A stretch of DNA of 64,000 nucleotides from Phycisphaeraceae bacterium (GCA_963674705.1 OY771506.1:5376001-5440000), one strand, 5' to 3'. Positions 1-10,287 are shown, numbered from the stretch's first letter. Program-made: numbers and translations. The notes: generated by a model not told the origin, from the sequence alone.

Positions 1-994
1 CCATCCCAAGCATTGTCCCGCCCCAGACGCTCGTTCGTCGGCCGCCGGGCTCCCACGCGGGCAGCGGCATGAGCTTGATCTTGCCTTCTAATCCCGGCAT
101 ATCCAATTGCCAGACGCCGCAAAGCCAGTCGGGCATCATCGCGACCAGCACCCGCCCGTCCAGGCGCATCTTGTTGCCTTGGGCGCTGAATTCGCCGGCA
201 TCCACCGCGATACGGTTCGGGCCCACCATCCAACTGACCAGCGTTGCAATCACGTGCGCGTTGACTTCGGTATTGATGTGCATCTGCTCGTGTTCATCGA
301 ACAGTGCACCGCCGGCCTGGAGGATGAGCGCTTCCAACTGATCGCGGAAGCTACCGGTCGCCCACATGCTGATGACGTAGTCGGGGATGGTGTCGCCGTT
401 GCGATCACCGACTAATGGCAAGACGACTTGCGCGAACTCGTCCCAGGTCTGAACCGATTCGATGTCGATACCGGCTTCCTCGAAGACATCGGCGCGGTAG
501 GCGAGCATGACCGGATGCACATCGTGCGGCAGGCCGAAGATCCGACCACGCGAAGTCCATGGGCCAAACGATGGCTCATTAATCTGCTCGTAAATACCTT
601 CCTCGTGCAAGCGGTCGGTCAGGTCGACGAAACCGACATCTTCGATCGGGCCGGTGAAAACCTGTGGCACGAAGTTACGTTCGACTTCGATCAGGTCGGC
701 TGCGGGTGTGTCAGTCAAGAACGAGGCGAGCATGCGCTGTTGCAGCGCTTCGTTACTGAGAAGCGACATGTTGACTTGCGGTTGCCTGTCGCGGTTCCAT
801 TCTTCGACTTTGCCGACGTAGAGCGTCTCGTGGCTGTAGCTGAAGATCCAGAACTGGAGCCCCTCGCGATGCGGTATCGGCCAACACATCACCGCAATCG
901 CGCTGCACACCGCCAGCGAGAGAATGATCCACCCCCCCGCCGAGAGGTATTCCAGGTAGTCCGGCAGCAATCTTTTAAGGAACTTGATAGACAC
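1..994 (-). CDS. Sugar ABC transporter substrate-binding protein (3' end runs off the window)
   Basis: Not in the ORF track. Manual minus-strand translation from GTG 994: MSIKFLKRLL...hydrophobic anchor...LQQRMLASFLTDTPAADLIEVE...PWTSRGRIFGLPHDVHPVMLAYRADVFEEAGID...TWDEF...KLMPLPAWEPGGRRTSVWGGTM, typical of family-1 sugar-binding proteins. Confidence 0.85.
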   Translation of the reverse strand, partial: MSIKFLKRLLPDYLEYLSAGGWIILSLAVCSAIAVMCWPIPHREGLQFWIFSYSHETLYVGKVEEWNRDRQPQVNMSLLSNEALQQRMLASFLTDTPAADLIEVERNFVPQVFTGPIEDVGFVDLTDRLHEEGIYEQINEPSFGPWTSRGRIFGLPHDVHPVMLAYRADVFEEAGIDIESVQTWDEFAQVVLPLVGDRNGDTIPDYVISMWATGSFRDQLEALILQAGGALFDEHEQMHINTEVNAHVIATLVSWMVGPNRIAVDAGEFSAQGNKMRLDGRVLVAMMPDWLCGVWQLDMPGLEGKIKLMPLPAWEPGGRRTSVWGGTMLGM

Positions 995-1370
995 GACTTA
1001 GTCCGCTCGCTAGAGATCCCGGCAAGCCGGGAACAACCTCCAAGTGCTGCAGGCAGGAGCCGAATCCCGCCACAGAATGACATTTTGATAAACAGTTACT
1101 TAATTCGATTCACATTGTGACGCCCGCCCCCCTATTTGTCAACATATTTCACATCAATATACCGGGGCCGAGCGGTCTGCCGGATTATTTTGTTAAATTA
1201 TTTATAATTAGTATTTTATATTATATTTTAAATTGCTCACATGCGACACAATTAGTGTGGTCAAGCCAGAATCACCGTAGAATGATCCTTCAAAGCACCC
1301 CAGACACTCTTACGCGAGATTGTTTATAACTATCTCTTGAAAACTGTTTCACAAAGTGTATCATTCGGAT

Positions 1371-2423
1371 ATGCCCAGTATCCGCACCGTCGCGAAGGAG
1401 GCCGGGGTCTCTATCGCCACCGTTTCACGTGTGTTGAATAACCACACATCGGTCGGCAGCGATATCCGTACGCGTGTACTGAGCACCGCCAACCGTCTGG
1501 GCTACGTCTCCTCGGTTGGCCGACGAAGCACGACCTACATCGGTTTTGTCTACACGGGCCCCGCCTCGTTTGATTGCCCGTACGACTCCATGGTCCTGGC
1601 CGGGATCAACCAGGCGATGGACGAGACCGATTTTGACCTGGTCATCCTGAATCCTCAACGGGACAAGAAGCCCACGGAAACCTATTCGCAGTACTTCATG
1701 CGTAAAGGCGTCCGCGGCGTGATCCTCCGCACGACCGCGGGCACCCGTGGGATTTGCCACACCATCGCCGAAGAAGGCTTTCCATCAATCGTGATAGGCA
1801 GTTGGACCGACCAGCCGGAGGTCAGCTTTGTATACGGCGACTCACACCAAACAAGCCGACAGGCAATCGAGCACCTGATATCACTCGGGCACAAACGTAT
1901 CGGCATCGCGATGGGGTTGGTCGAAGACACCGATCACATCGATCGACTAGCAGGCTACCGCGAGGCCTTGCAAGCGGCGGGTATCAAGCCGGACCCGGAG
2001 TTGTTGTATCGCGTCCCCCCCAAGAGGCCGGACGGCGCGCAACTGATCAAGCGGATATTGAGTAGCGCCGTTCCCCCGACCGCTTTATATGTCACCGATC
2101 CCTATATCGTCATCGGTGTGATCCACCAGTTGCAGCGTATGGGCATCAAGGTGCCGGAGGATATTTCGATCGTCGGGATGGATGACGGCGACAGTCCCAA
2201 GGACAGCTATCCGCAGATTACAGCCGTGTGCCAGGACGCGGTACAGATCGGCCACGAAGCATCGACCGCACTTAAACGCATCATCGACCGAGCCCCCGAG
2301 AAAGCAGCGCCGATACGCGTTGCGATTCCCACCTGGCTGGAAGTCCACGAAACTACGGGGCCGCCGCCTGCTAAACCGTTCCGGGTTTTGCCGAACGGCA
2401 CGCGTGTTGATCTAGCCGATTAG
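1371..2423 (+). CDS. LacI-family transcriptional regulator
   Basis: N-terminal SIRTVAKEAGVSIATVSRVLN helix-turn-helix; sugar-binding core motifs HLISLGHKRIG, RLAGYREAL, VPEDISIVGMDD. Confidence 0.95.
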   Translation: MPSIRTVAKEAGVSIATVSRVLNNHTSVGSDIRTRVLSTANRLGYVSSVGRRSTTYIGFVYTGPASFDCPYDSMVLAGINQAMDETDFDLVILNPQRDKKPTETYSQYFMRKGVRGVILRTTAGTRGICHTIAEEGFPSIVIGSWTDQPEVSFVYGDSHQTSRQAIEHLISLGHKRIGIAMGLVEDTDHIDRLAGYREALQAAGIKPDPELLYRVPPKRPDGAQLIKRILSSAVPPTALYVTDPYIVIGVIHQLQRMGIKVPEDISIVGMDDGDSPKDSYPQITAVCQDAVQIGHEASTALKRIIDRAPEKAAPIRVAIPTWLEVHETTGPPPAKPFRVLPNGTRVDLAD

Positions 2424-2469
2424 GTATCATCAATCCGCTTCGCTATCGCACAGAGAGTTCCGCTAATAA

Positions 2470-3813
2470 ATGGAGCCAGCCATGCGCACGTTCAGGACCA
2501 AGCGATCAGTACAGAATCAAATGCATTACCGCACGCTGGCTTTGCTGGTATTGTCATTTTGCCTGCTTGCCTGCCACAATAATACGCTGGCTGAAAGCGA
2601 ACAGACTACAGGATCAGTCGTTCAAGTAATCAAGACCGATGAAGGCTGGCAGCTTACACGTAACGACGAACCCTACTTCGTCAAGGGAGCGGGGGGCACG
2701 GAACACTTTGAAGTGCTTGTGAAGGCGGGCGGTAATTCGGTCCGGACGTGGGGCGTCGAACAAGCCGAAGAGATCCTGGATAAAGCCCACGAGATGGGTT
2801 TAAACCGTCACGGTCGGGATCTGGTTTGGCCACGAACGGCACGGATTCGATTACTCGGATAAGCAAGCGGTCGCCAGGCAGAAGGAACTGGCCCTGCAGT
2901 TTATAAGGAAATACAAGGACCACCCCGCGATCCTTATGTGGAGTCTGGGCAATGAAGCGGAGGGAGAAGGCGACAATCCGCTTATCTGGCAGGCGATTAA
3001 TGATGCCGCCAAAGCAGCGAAACAAATCGATCCTGATCATCCCGTGATGACCGTGACCGCCGAGGCCGCTGCCAATAAGATCCAGAACCTGAAAAAGTAC
3101 TGCCCGGATGTCGATATCCTTGGCATCAACTGTTACGGCGGTTTTCCAACGCTAGCACAGCGCTTGGCCGATGCCGGCCTGGATCGACCCTACATCGTCG
3201 CCGAGTACGGCCCGCTTGGTCAATGGGAAGTCAGCCAAACGCCATGGGGCGCCCCCTACGAACAGACCAGCACAGCAAAAGCCAAGTTCTGCTCTGACGG
3301 CTACCGCAGCACCATATTAAATGATCGCCGCAACTGTCTTGGCGGTTATCTATTTCACTGGGGATCCAAACAGGAAGTCACGCCAACGTGGTACGGCGTA
3401 TTCATACGAGATACAAACGAAACGACCGAGATCGTTGATGCGGTAAGCAAGTACTGGACCGGCAACTGGCCGAAGAATCGAGCACCCTCCATCAAGCCAT
3501 CGAATTCAAATCGGTGGATGTAAACGCGATCAAACGGGACGCGATCTGTCACGCATCGGTTCGGGCCGATGATCCCGACAAGGATACACTCACATACGAG
3601 TGGGTCATCCAATCTGAAAGCACCGACCGCCGCACCGGTGGCGATGAAGAGGCCGTTCCCCCGGCCCATCCGGAACTGATTCAGGCAACCCGCGGCGCAA
3701 CCGTGACATTCCGGGCACCCGCAGAAGCAGGCGCATACCGCCTGTATGTTTATGTTCGAGACAATCAGGGCCACGCGGCTACCGCTAACAGCCCATTTCA
3801 AGTCACCGATTAA
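2470..3813 (+). pseudogene. Secreted GH2-TIM-barrel/GH158-like glycoside hydrolase with C-terminal Ig-like domain, split by two frameshifts (pseudogene or sequence error)
   Basis: ORFs 2470-2862, 2936-3523 and 3514-3813 join into one protein: signal peptide, GGNSVRTWG, then (after shift near 2803) GLTVTVGIWFGHERHGFDY...KDHPAILMWSLGNE...AEYGPLGQWE...WGSKQEVTPTWYG, then (after shift near 3495) DPDKDTLTYEW...GAYRLYVYVRD. Confidence 0.75.
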
Positions 3814-4139
3814 CCCACACCCCCATCTTCTCCAAATTAACGGCCAAGCTGTCGCAAACGGTATTGACCGAGACGTTGTTTCACAATTTCGCAGCTAAGC
3901 CGCTCGACCCGCCCGCTCATCGTCCTCTAATATTCAAGTCGCTATTTCGCCAAGATTTGCATGCGAAAAACGGCTGTTAACACGGTGTAACATATGTAAC
4001 AAATGGGGACAGTATTGTTTCATTGGCCCCCTCGATCTGAAACGCTTCCGGCCCTGCGCCTCGGCCCCCGCGATCAGCCCACAGTATGCCATACCGGCCC
4101 TGATTCGTCATAATTAACGTTTTTTTTGAGTAATAAGGC

Positions 4140-4168
4140 TTGACGTACCGGTTAGGTAGGGTTATCTT
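4140..4168 (+). promoter_or_regulatory. Putative sigma-70 promoter of the lacI-2/PEP-CTERM operon
   Basis: TTGACG (4140-4145), 17-nt spacer, TATCTT (4163-4168), about 60 nt upstream of ATG 4228. Confidence 0.6.
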
Positions 4169-4184
4169 CTTGTATCGATGGAAC

Positions 4185-4205
4185 GTGATGTAACTGATAC
4201 ATCAC
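4185..4205. promoter_or_regulatory. Palindromic candidate operator
   Basis: GTGATGTA-actga-TACATCAC, a perfect 8-bp inverted repeat between the putative promoter and the lacI-2 start. Confidence 0.55.
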
Positions 4206-4227
4206 TTAACACACTTGGCAGGAACAC

Positions 4228-5232
4228 ATGTCCACCGTTCGTGACATCGCGAAACAGACCGGCGTGTCTATCGCCACCGTCTCACGCGTGCTTAACAACC
4301 ATCCATCCGTCAGCGATGAGTTACGGCACAGGGTGATGGAGGCCGCGAACAGCCAACGCTATGTTTCAAGCGTAGGCAAGCGTGGCACCTCCAATATCGC
4401 CTACGTCTATACCGGACATGTCTCCCTCGGCTCACCTTTTGACTCAGCAGTCCTTGAAGGACTCTATAAGGCGCTGGCCGACTCCAACCTGCACCTGATG
4501 ATCCTGGACCTGCGGCGCACACGTCGCAACGGCGAGGATTATTCACAGATGTTCCAACGGCTGGGCGTACGCGGGGTCGTGCTTCGGACCACACACGGCA
4601 CACGTTCATCCTGTGTGAATATCATCGATCAGAACTTCCCGGCGGTTGTTGTTGGGGACCGTTTACCGGGTGCCGAATCTTCGTGTGTTTGCTGCGAGTC
4701 GCGCACCGCAAGCCGAGAGGCTATCGAGCACCTTGTTTCGCTTGGTCACCGTCGTATCGCGATCAGCATGAACGTCGTCGAGGATTCTGATCACCTTGAA
4801 CGTCTGGCCGGGTACCGCGATGCGCATCATGACCACGGCATCGAGATCGATGACAAACTCATCATGCGTGCCCCGGGTAACCGTCAGGGTGGATCGCAAT
4901 TGATGCGCCGCATCGTGACCGCGGTAGACCGCCCCACCGCTATTTACATCACCGATCCGATGGCCGCCATCGGCGCGTTGTATGAAGCACAGAAGATGGG
5001 GCTGAAGATTCCTGATGATATGTCGATCATCGGCTTCGATGACGCGGAGCTGCGTCATACCGTGCTGCCCACGATGACATCCGTATGCCAGGACGCCACC
5101 GGATTAGGCCGTGAAGCGTACCGCGTGCTGGCAGAAGTCATGCGGGCCAAATGCCCATCAGAAAACAATGCCCCCGCGGCATGGTTAGAGGTTCACGAAA
5201 CCACCGGCCCCATCGGAGTCACAAGCACGTAA
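4228..5232 (+). CDS. LacI-family transcriptional regulator (paralogue of 1371-2423)
   Basis: TVRDIAKQTGVSIATVSRVLN helix-turn-helix; shares YVSSVG, GVRGVxLRTT, VCQDA and WLEVHETTGP with the first LacI. Confidence 0.95.
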   Translation: MSTVRDIAKQTGVSIATVSRVLNNHPSVSDELRHRVMEAANSQRYVSSVGKRGTSNIAYVYTGHVSLGSPFDSAVLEGLYKALADSNLHLMILDLRRTRRNGEDYSQMFQRLGVRGVVLRTTHGTRSSCVNIIDQNFPAVVVGDRLPGAESSCVCCESRTASREAIEHLVSLGHRRIAISMNVVEDSDHLERLAGYRDAHHDHGIEIDDKLIMRAPGNRQGGSQLMRRIVTAVDRPTAIYITDPMAAIGALYEAQKMGLKIPDDMSIIGFDDAELRHTVLPTMTSVCQDATGLGREAYRVLAEVMRAKCPSENNAPAAWLEVHETTGPIGVTST

Positions 5233-5310
5233 TTCGGTCATCAAGACCGACGTTGTTTTGTCGTTTAGAAACCGCCCATGTGGGCCTATTTGGAGGAAAA
5301 AGGAGAAACT

Positions 5311-6012
5311 ATGATGGAACTTACAAAACAGTTAGTTAGAACAGTTGCCGGGGCAGGCTTGGCTGTCGCATTGATGGCTGGGACCTCGGCACAAGCAGTA
5401 ACCGTTGGTGTAGGTCAGTCCGCCGAACCCTGGCTTGGTTACATGAATGTGTTTGAACTGCCGGCGAACGGGGGCGGTTACCTCTGGGGCAGTGCCTGGG
5501 GTGTTGCTGACCTCGTAGCAACGTTTGATGACGGCGCCAGCACGCTGACGCTCTCACCGAACACCATCGGCGACCCCGATCCGTATTGGTACATCGGCGG
5601 TGGCGCTCCCGGCAATCCGGGGAATAAGATGATGGAAGCCAACCTGTATATCGAAGTCAGCGATGATTCACTGGCCGGCCAGACCGTGACCTTCGAAGGC
5701 ACGATCCTGTCGGACACGTTCACCGCGGCGCATGAATCCTTCGTCTTTATCAAGGACTTCGCGCCTGACTACTCATCGTTCATCGAAAGCAAAGTGGCAA
5801 TCGATGGTGCCGGTGCGTTCAGTATTGATCTGGCGACCGACCCGGGTCTTGGCCGACACGTGCAGTACGGTTTCCAAACCGTGGGTGAGAACGTGTGGAT
5901 CACTGATACCGCTCCGTTTGGTAGCGTCGTCATCGCGACCGTTCCCGAACCGGCATCCCTGGCGTTGATCGGCCTGGGTGGCTTAGCCATCGCCGGCCGT
6001 CGTAAACACTGA
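5311..6012 (+). CDS. PEP-CTERM sorting-domain protein with a Trp/Gly-rich non-catalytic domain
   Basis: RBS GGAG before ATG 5311, signal peptide ending AQA, C-terminal VPEPASLALIGLGGLAIAGRRKH. Confidence 0.9.
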   Translation: MMELTKQLVRTVAGAGLAVALMAGTSAQAVTVGVGQSAEPWLGYMNVFELPANGGGYLWGSAWGVADLVATFDDGASTLTLSPNTIGDPDPYWYIGGGAPGNPGNKMMEANLYIEVSDDSLAGQTVTFEGTILSDTFTAAHESFVFIKDFAPDYSSFIESKVAIDGAGAFSIDLATDPGLGRHVQYGFQTVGENVWITDTAPFGSVVIATVPEPASLALIGLGGLAIAGRRKH

Positions 6013-6148
6013 CCTCCTTTTTTCCCGTCCACCGACCTAATCGTGGGTGGACGGATTGAATAAGAAGTCGCACACAACGTGTGTGCCAACAACCGAATGG
6101 ATTTAGATAACGTGGCAGATGCCCAAATAACAACATTGGAGGAATGAA

Positions 6149-7618
6149 ATGAGCGGAAAGAGTCTCGTAACGATGTTGGCAGCCAGCGGGTTATTAATGG
6201 CCGGCCAACAAGCAGGCGCCGTCATCGTCGCCCAAAGCGACGACATGACCCCGGGTGGTAACAATCTGGGTGCGATGGAATGGTTCGAAGGCGGCGGTTC
6301 CTACGTGGGATACGGCACCGCTGAATCAGACGGCAACGGCTTCGCGATCATGACCAAGAATGGAACACAAAACCATTACACCGGCTTCTCGTATCACCTT
6401 GATGTCGCCGACGTGACCGCGGTTCAATCGCTTCAGGATGGCATGGTGATCCGCACCAGCGCCTGGGTCTTGTCCGATCCGGAAAACCCGTGGACAACAC
6501 AAGCAACTCAGGGCTGGAAGGTCGAGTTCTACAACGTCGCCTTGGGTGCATTCAACACCTTTGACATGACCAATGAAACCGAGAACGGCATGGGCTACGG
6601 CCTGATCGATGCCACCAGCACCGCGACCACCACGGGGTGGACACAGATGAGCGCCTCCTACACCATCACCGACGCTGAAGTCGACTTCTTCTCGCTTCAG
6701 GAAATCCGTCCGGTGTTCTTCACCGGTGACTGGTCAGGTTCCGATCCGGATGGCCGCTTGTTTGTCGATGGCTTCGCTGTAGAGGTCTTCCCGAACGTCG
6801 CCACCGCCAACGCAACGGCGCTTCCCAGCAACACCCCGGGCGGGTTCGATCTGGCTCCCCCGGTTGATCTGTCCGGTGACATTGACGGCGACGGATTCGT
6901 CGGCCTCTCAGACCTTGACATCGTCCTCAACCACTGGAACCAAGGCACCCCGCCGGTCGCACCCGGGACGGATGTCCTCAGCGACTTCAGCAACTTCACC
7001 GTAGCCGGCAGCTACGAAGGCTGGGGCACCTACACCTCCGGTGCAACCGACTTCCGTATCCAAGCCACCAGTTGGGGCGGCTGCTGGTACATCCTGCCGG
7101 AAGTTGTCGATGCAACCGGTCAATCCGCACTGGAAGTGCAGTTTGATGTCGGCGCTGCCAACGAAGCCGACCAACTCGGTATCGTCCTGTTCGACGGCGA
7201 TGGCACGGAATATCTCTACCGCCTCGACCTGACTGAAGGCGATGACCAAACCGTCCTGCTCGACCTGGTCCTGCCCTTCGCGGTGAATAATGAAGGCACG
7301 GTCCCCGGTCTGGACCTGTCCACCATCTCCTCGTTCCACCTTCAGGGAACGTTCGGCGATGGCAATCCTGGTCTGCCTTTGGACGTGACGCTTGACAACC
7401 TCGCCCTGACAGGCGGCGGTCTCGTGCTGATCGATGGCGACATCGCCGGCGCCGATGGTCTTGGCCCGGACGGCTTCGTCGGCCTGGCTGACCTGGACGT
7501 CGTGCTGAACACCTGGAACAACGGCACCCCGCCGGCCGATGGCGCTGCCGTGCCGGAACCGGCCAGCCTCGCGCTGCTGGGTCTGGGTGGCCTGACGATG
7601 CTGCGTCGTCGTGCGTAA
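6149..7618 (+). CDS. PEP-CTERM protein: beta-sandwich domain + dockerin-like repeat + inserted CBM-like domain + dockerin-like repeat
   Basis: Signal peptide; GDIDGDGFVGLSDLDIVLNHWNQGTPP and PDGFVGLADLDVVLNTWNNGTPP; C-terminal VPEPASLALLGLGGLTMLRRRA. Confidence 0.9.
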   Translation: MSGKSLVTMLAASGLLMAGQQAGAVIVAQSDDMTPGGNNLGAMEWFEGGGSYVGYGTAESDGNGFAIMTKNGTQNHYTGFSYHLDVADVTAVQSLQDGMVIRTSAWVLSDPENPWTTQATQGWKVEFYNVALGAFNTFDMTNETENGMGYGLIDATSTATTTGWTQMSASYTITDAEVDFFSLQEIRPVFFTGDWSGSDPDGRLFVDGFAVEVFPNVATANATALPSNTPGGFDLAPPVDLSGDIDGDGFVGLSDLDIVLNHWNQGTPPVAPGTDVLSDFSNFTVAGSYEGWGTYTSGATDFRIQATSWGGCWYILPEVVDATGQSALEVQFDVGAANEADQLGIVLFDGDGTEYLYRLDLTEGDDQTVLLDLVLPFAVNNEGTVPGLDLSTISSFHLQGTFGDGNPGLPLDVTLDNLALTGGGLVLIDGDIAGADGLGPDGFVGLADLDVVLNTWNNGTPPADGAAVPEPASLALLGLGGLTMLRRRA

Positions 7619-7814
7619 GTGAATGATTGAACGTTTAGCTGATGGGCCGTGGGGTAACGGCCGCGAACCATCGAGCTTGTACTGACTGTTTCGTAACAGA
7701 CACTGAAAAAACCGGGCGTCCGCTTGACGGCGGACCCCCGGATTAAACAAGAAACGGCCCTGGGCGAGAGCGGGCCAACAAGAATCAACACAGCCCCTTG
7801 AAGGAGCGTCGATA

Positions 7815-8669
7815 ATGTCAACGAAACGAAACGGATTCACACTCATCGAACTGCTGGTGGTGATCTCCATCATCGCCCTGCTCGTGGGTATCCTCCTGCC
7901 GGCGCTTGGCGCCGCAAGGCGTTCAGCACTCGATATCAAGTGCAAGAACCAACTGCGCCAGTTCGGCATCGCGTTCATGGCCTACGCCACGGACAACCGC
8001 GACACGTTGCCGGCAAGCCTTGATGACAGGAACAACCAGTTCTACAGGACGTGGCTCATGGACGGCAGCCCCCTGTTCCAACGATTCATGAGGTATTGCC
8101 CCGATGACGGCTCAATATTCTCGTATGTTGGTGATTCCAGAGAACTCTACCGTTGTCCTGCATTAGAAGAAGGCGCGACGCAATCAAACGGTCGGCCATC
8201 CAACGATGGTAAGGGCAGCAACGGAAAGTTTGACTATTCAGTCTTTACTTCATGGAACAATGCTAAGGTGGATCAGTTACCCGCCCAGACAGTGATCGCC
8301 CGTAGCGGTGCGGATCCTTCAAATTATATTGATACCATCACACCCTTGTTAATCGAAGAAGACCCGGAATTCTCCTCGAACAACAATACCAACTTCGACT
8401 CACAGCACGCCTGGGACGACCGCGTCGGCCAATGGCACAACGGTGATAAGGGCAACTTCACCGCCTACGACGGCAGCACCGCTTCATTCGAGGGTGATGG
8501 CGAACAGGATAATCCTCAAGCACAGGAGTGGTATGCCGAAGCACCTAACGGTTTACGCCGCTCACTCGGCAACGGGCAATTCGGTTTAAATAGCAGTGGT
8601 AGCAAAGTCAGTATCCCCGGCGGCACGATTGAGTACGACTTCGGTGCATGGGGAAGCACAAAGAAGTAA
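7815..8669 (+). CDS. Prepilin-type N-terminal cleavage/methylation protein (DUF1559/H-X9-DG-like)
   Basis: [32 protein letters not shown]...CKNQLRQFG...LYRCP...[15 protein letters not shown]. Confidence 0.9.
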   Translation: MSTKRNGFTLIELLVVISIIALLVGILLPALGAARRSALDIKCKNQLRQFGIAFMAYATDNRDTLPASLDDRNNQFYRTWLMDGSPLFQRFMRYCPDDGSIFSYVGDSRELYRCPALEEGATQSNGRPSNDGKGSNGKFDYSVFTSWNNAKVDQLPAQTVIARSGADPSNYIDTITPLLIEEDPEFSSNNNTNFDSQHAWDDRVGQWHNGDKGNFTAYDGSTASFEGDGEQDNPQAQEWYAEAPNGLRRSLGNGQFGLNSSGSKVSIPGGTIEYDFGAWGSTKK

Positions 8670-8751
8670 CGCGTGAATATTAGCCGACCTGCGGGACAGA
8701 TAGCGCAACAGACCTATTTTTATACTTACTACTTGGAATCAGGAGTTTTCC

Positions 8752-10287
8752 ATGACCACGTTTAAATCAACAAAAGGGCTGATCGCGGCAATTGCCTGCA
8801 CGGCCAGCGCATGTATGGCTGGTTCAGCGTTTGGCCAAGCCACCGATCTGCCCGGTTGGGACCTGGTCTGGAACGACGAATTCGATGGCACCTCGCTGAA
8901 TACCAGCGACTGGGAAGCCCTCAACCGCCAGGACAGCTTCAACAACGAGAAGCAGTACTACCTGGACGACCAGGTTTCGGTCGCAAACGGTTACATGACC
9001 ATTACCGCGACGAATCAGCCGATCGCCAACAAGCAGTATCGCTCGGGTCTGATCCGCACGTGGGATGAGTACACCTACGGCCGGTGGGAGATCCGCGCCG
9101 ACTTGCCGACTACCCAAGGCATGTGGCCCGCGATCTGGCTGCTACCTCGATACGAGGACTGGCCCAGCGGTGGCGAGATCGACATCATGGAGAATAAAGG
9201 CAGCCAACCTTATGCCACCAGCAGTGCTTTCCACTACGGTGAAAACTGGGAAAACCATCAATACGTCTGGAACGAATACAGCGCGACCGAAAACGGCGTG
9301 CCGGTCAACTTTCATAACAGCTTCCATACGTATGCGGTCGAATGGGAAGAGAACGTGATGCGTTTCTTCGTTGATGACAATCTGCACTTCGTCGTCAACA
9401 GTTCACGTGTCCCGGTGCCCGATGGGCCGATGAGTCTGATCATTAACCTCGCCATCGGCGGGGACTTCGGCGGTGACCCGGACGGCACGACCGTGTGGCC
9501 TCAGACGATGGAAGTGGATTACGTCCGTTATTGGCAGAAAGCCACTGCAATTCAAGGCGATATCACCGGCGATGGTTTTGTCGGGCTTGACGATCTGGAC
9601 ATCGTGCTCAACGAGTGGAACCAGGGTACGCCCCCCGCCGCGACGACCAGCGTCGTGCTGAATGACTTCAACAACGTCGGTCTGACCGGCGTCTATGAAA
9701 ACTGGAGCAGCGGAACCATTACCTATGGCGCAAACGACATGCGCGTACAGGCCGGGGACTTCGGCGGGGGCTGGATGAACCTCGGCGCACCGATCGACGC
9801 GACGGGACAGACAACGCTCGAGGTCGCGCTCGATGTCAACCCGGGCAATGTCGCGGACGAATTCAATATCGTGCTGATCGATGCCGACGGCACGGAGCGC
9901 GTGTATCACTTCACCGATCTGGTGGTCGGTGACGATCAGATCCTGTCTCTGGACCTCGACGACTGGAGCCAGGACAACGCCACCGGCTCGATTGCAGGCC
10001 TGGATATCTCCAGCCTGGTTACGTTCCACCTGCAAGGCACGTTCAGCAACGGCAATCCGGGCCTGTGGATGGACCTGACGTTTGACAATATCGCTCTGAC
10101 AGGCGGGACAACCTTCATCCTCGAAGGCGATATCAATGAAGACGGCTATGTCGGCCTGGATGACTTGGACATCATCCTGAACAACTGGAACGCAGGCACA
10201 CCGCCATCCGGCAGCGCTATCCCGGAACCCGGCACACTTGCGATGATCGGGCTCGGGAGCCTGACGATGATGCGTCGTCGCGCGTAG
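8752..10287 (+). CDS. GH16 (laminarinase-like) + dockerin-like pair with inserted CBM-like domain + PEP-CTERM
   Basis: WDLVWNDEFDG, GMWPAIWLL, catalytic GEIDIME, FHTYAVEW, MEVDYVRYW; two GDxxxDG(F/Y)VGLDDLDI repeats; IPEPGTLAMIGLGSLTMMRRRA. Confidence 0.92.
   Translation: MTTFKSTKGLIAAIACTASACMAGSAFGQATDLPGWDLVWNDEFDGTSLNTSDWEALNRQDSFNNEKQYYLDDQVSVANGYMTITATNQPIANKQYRSGLIRTWDEYTYGRWEIRADLPTTQGMWPAIWLLPRYEDWPSGGEIDIMENKGSQPYATSSAFHYGENWENHQYVWNEYSATENGVPVNFHNSFHTYAVEWEENVMRFFVDDNLHFVVNSSRVPVPDGPMSLIINLAIGGDFGGDPDGTTVWPQTMEVDYVRYWQKATAIQGDITGDGFVGLDDLDIVLNEWNQGTPPAATTSVVLNDFNNVGLTGVYENWSSGTITYGANDMRVQAGDFGGGWMNLGAPIDATGQTTLEVALDVNPGNVADEFNIVLIDADGTERVYHFTDLVVGDDQILSLDLDDWSQDNATGSIAGLDISSLVTFHLQGTFSNGNPGLWMDLTFDNIALTGGTTFILEGDINEDGYVGLDDLDIILNNWNAGTPPSGSAIPEPGTLAMIGLGSLTMMRRRA

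Noticed and set aside
69..1120. Plus-strand ORFs 69-341, 107-415 and 428-1120
   Set aside because: Antisense to the sugar-binding protein gene on the minus strand, which the track misses because it lacks a stop in the window.
1185..1235. Very AT-rich tract as a possible origin or foreign insertion
   Set aside because: Short, lies in a divergent promoter region, and shows no DnaA-box cluster or element ends.
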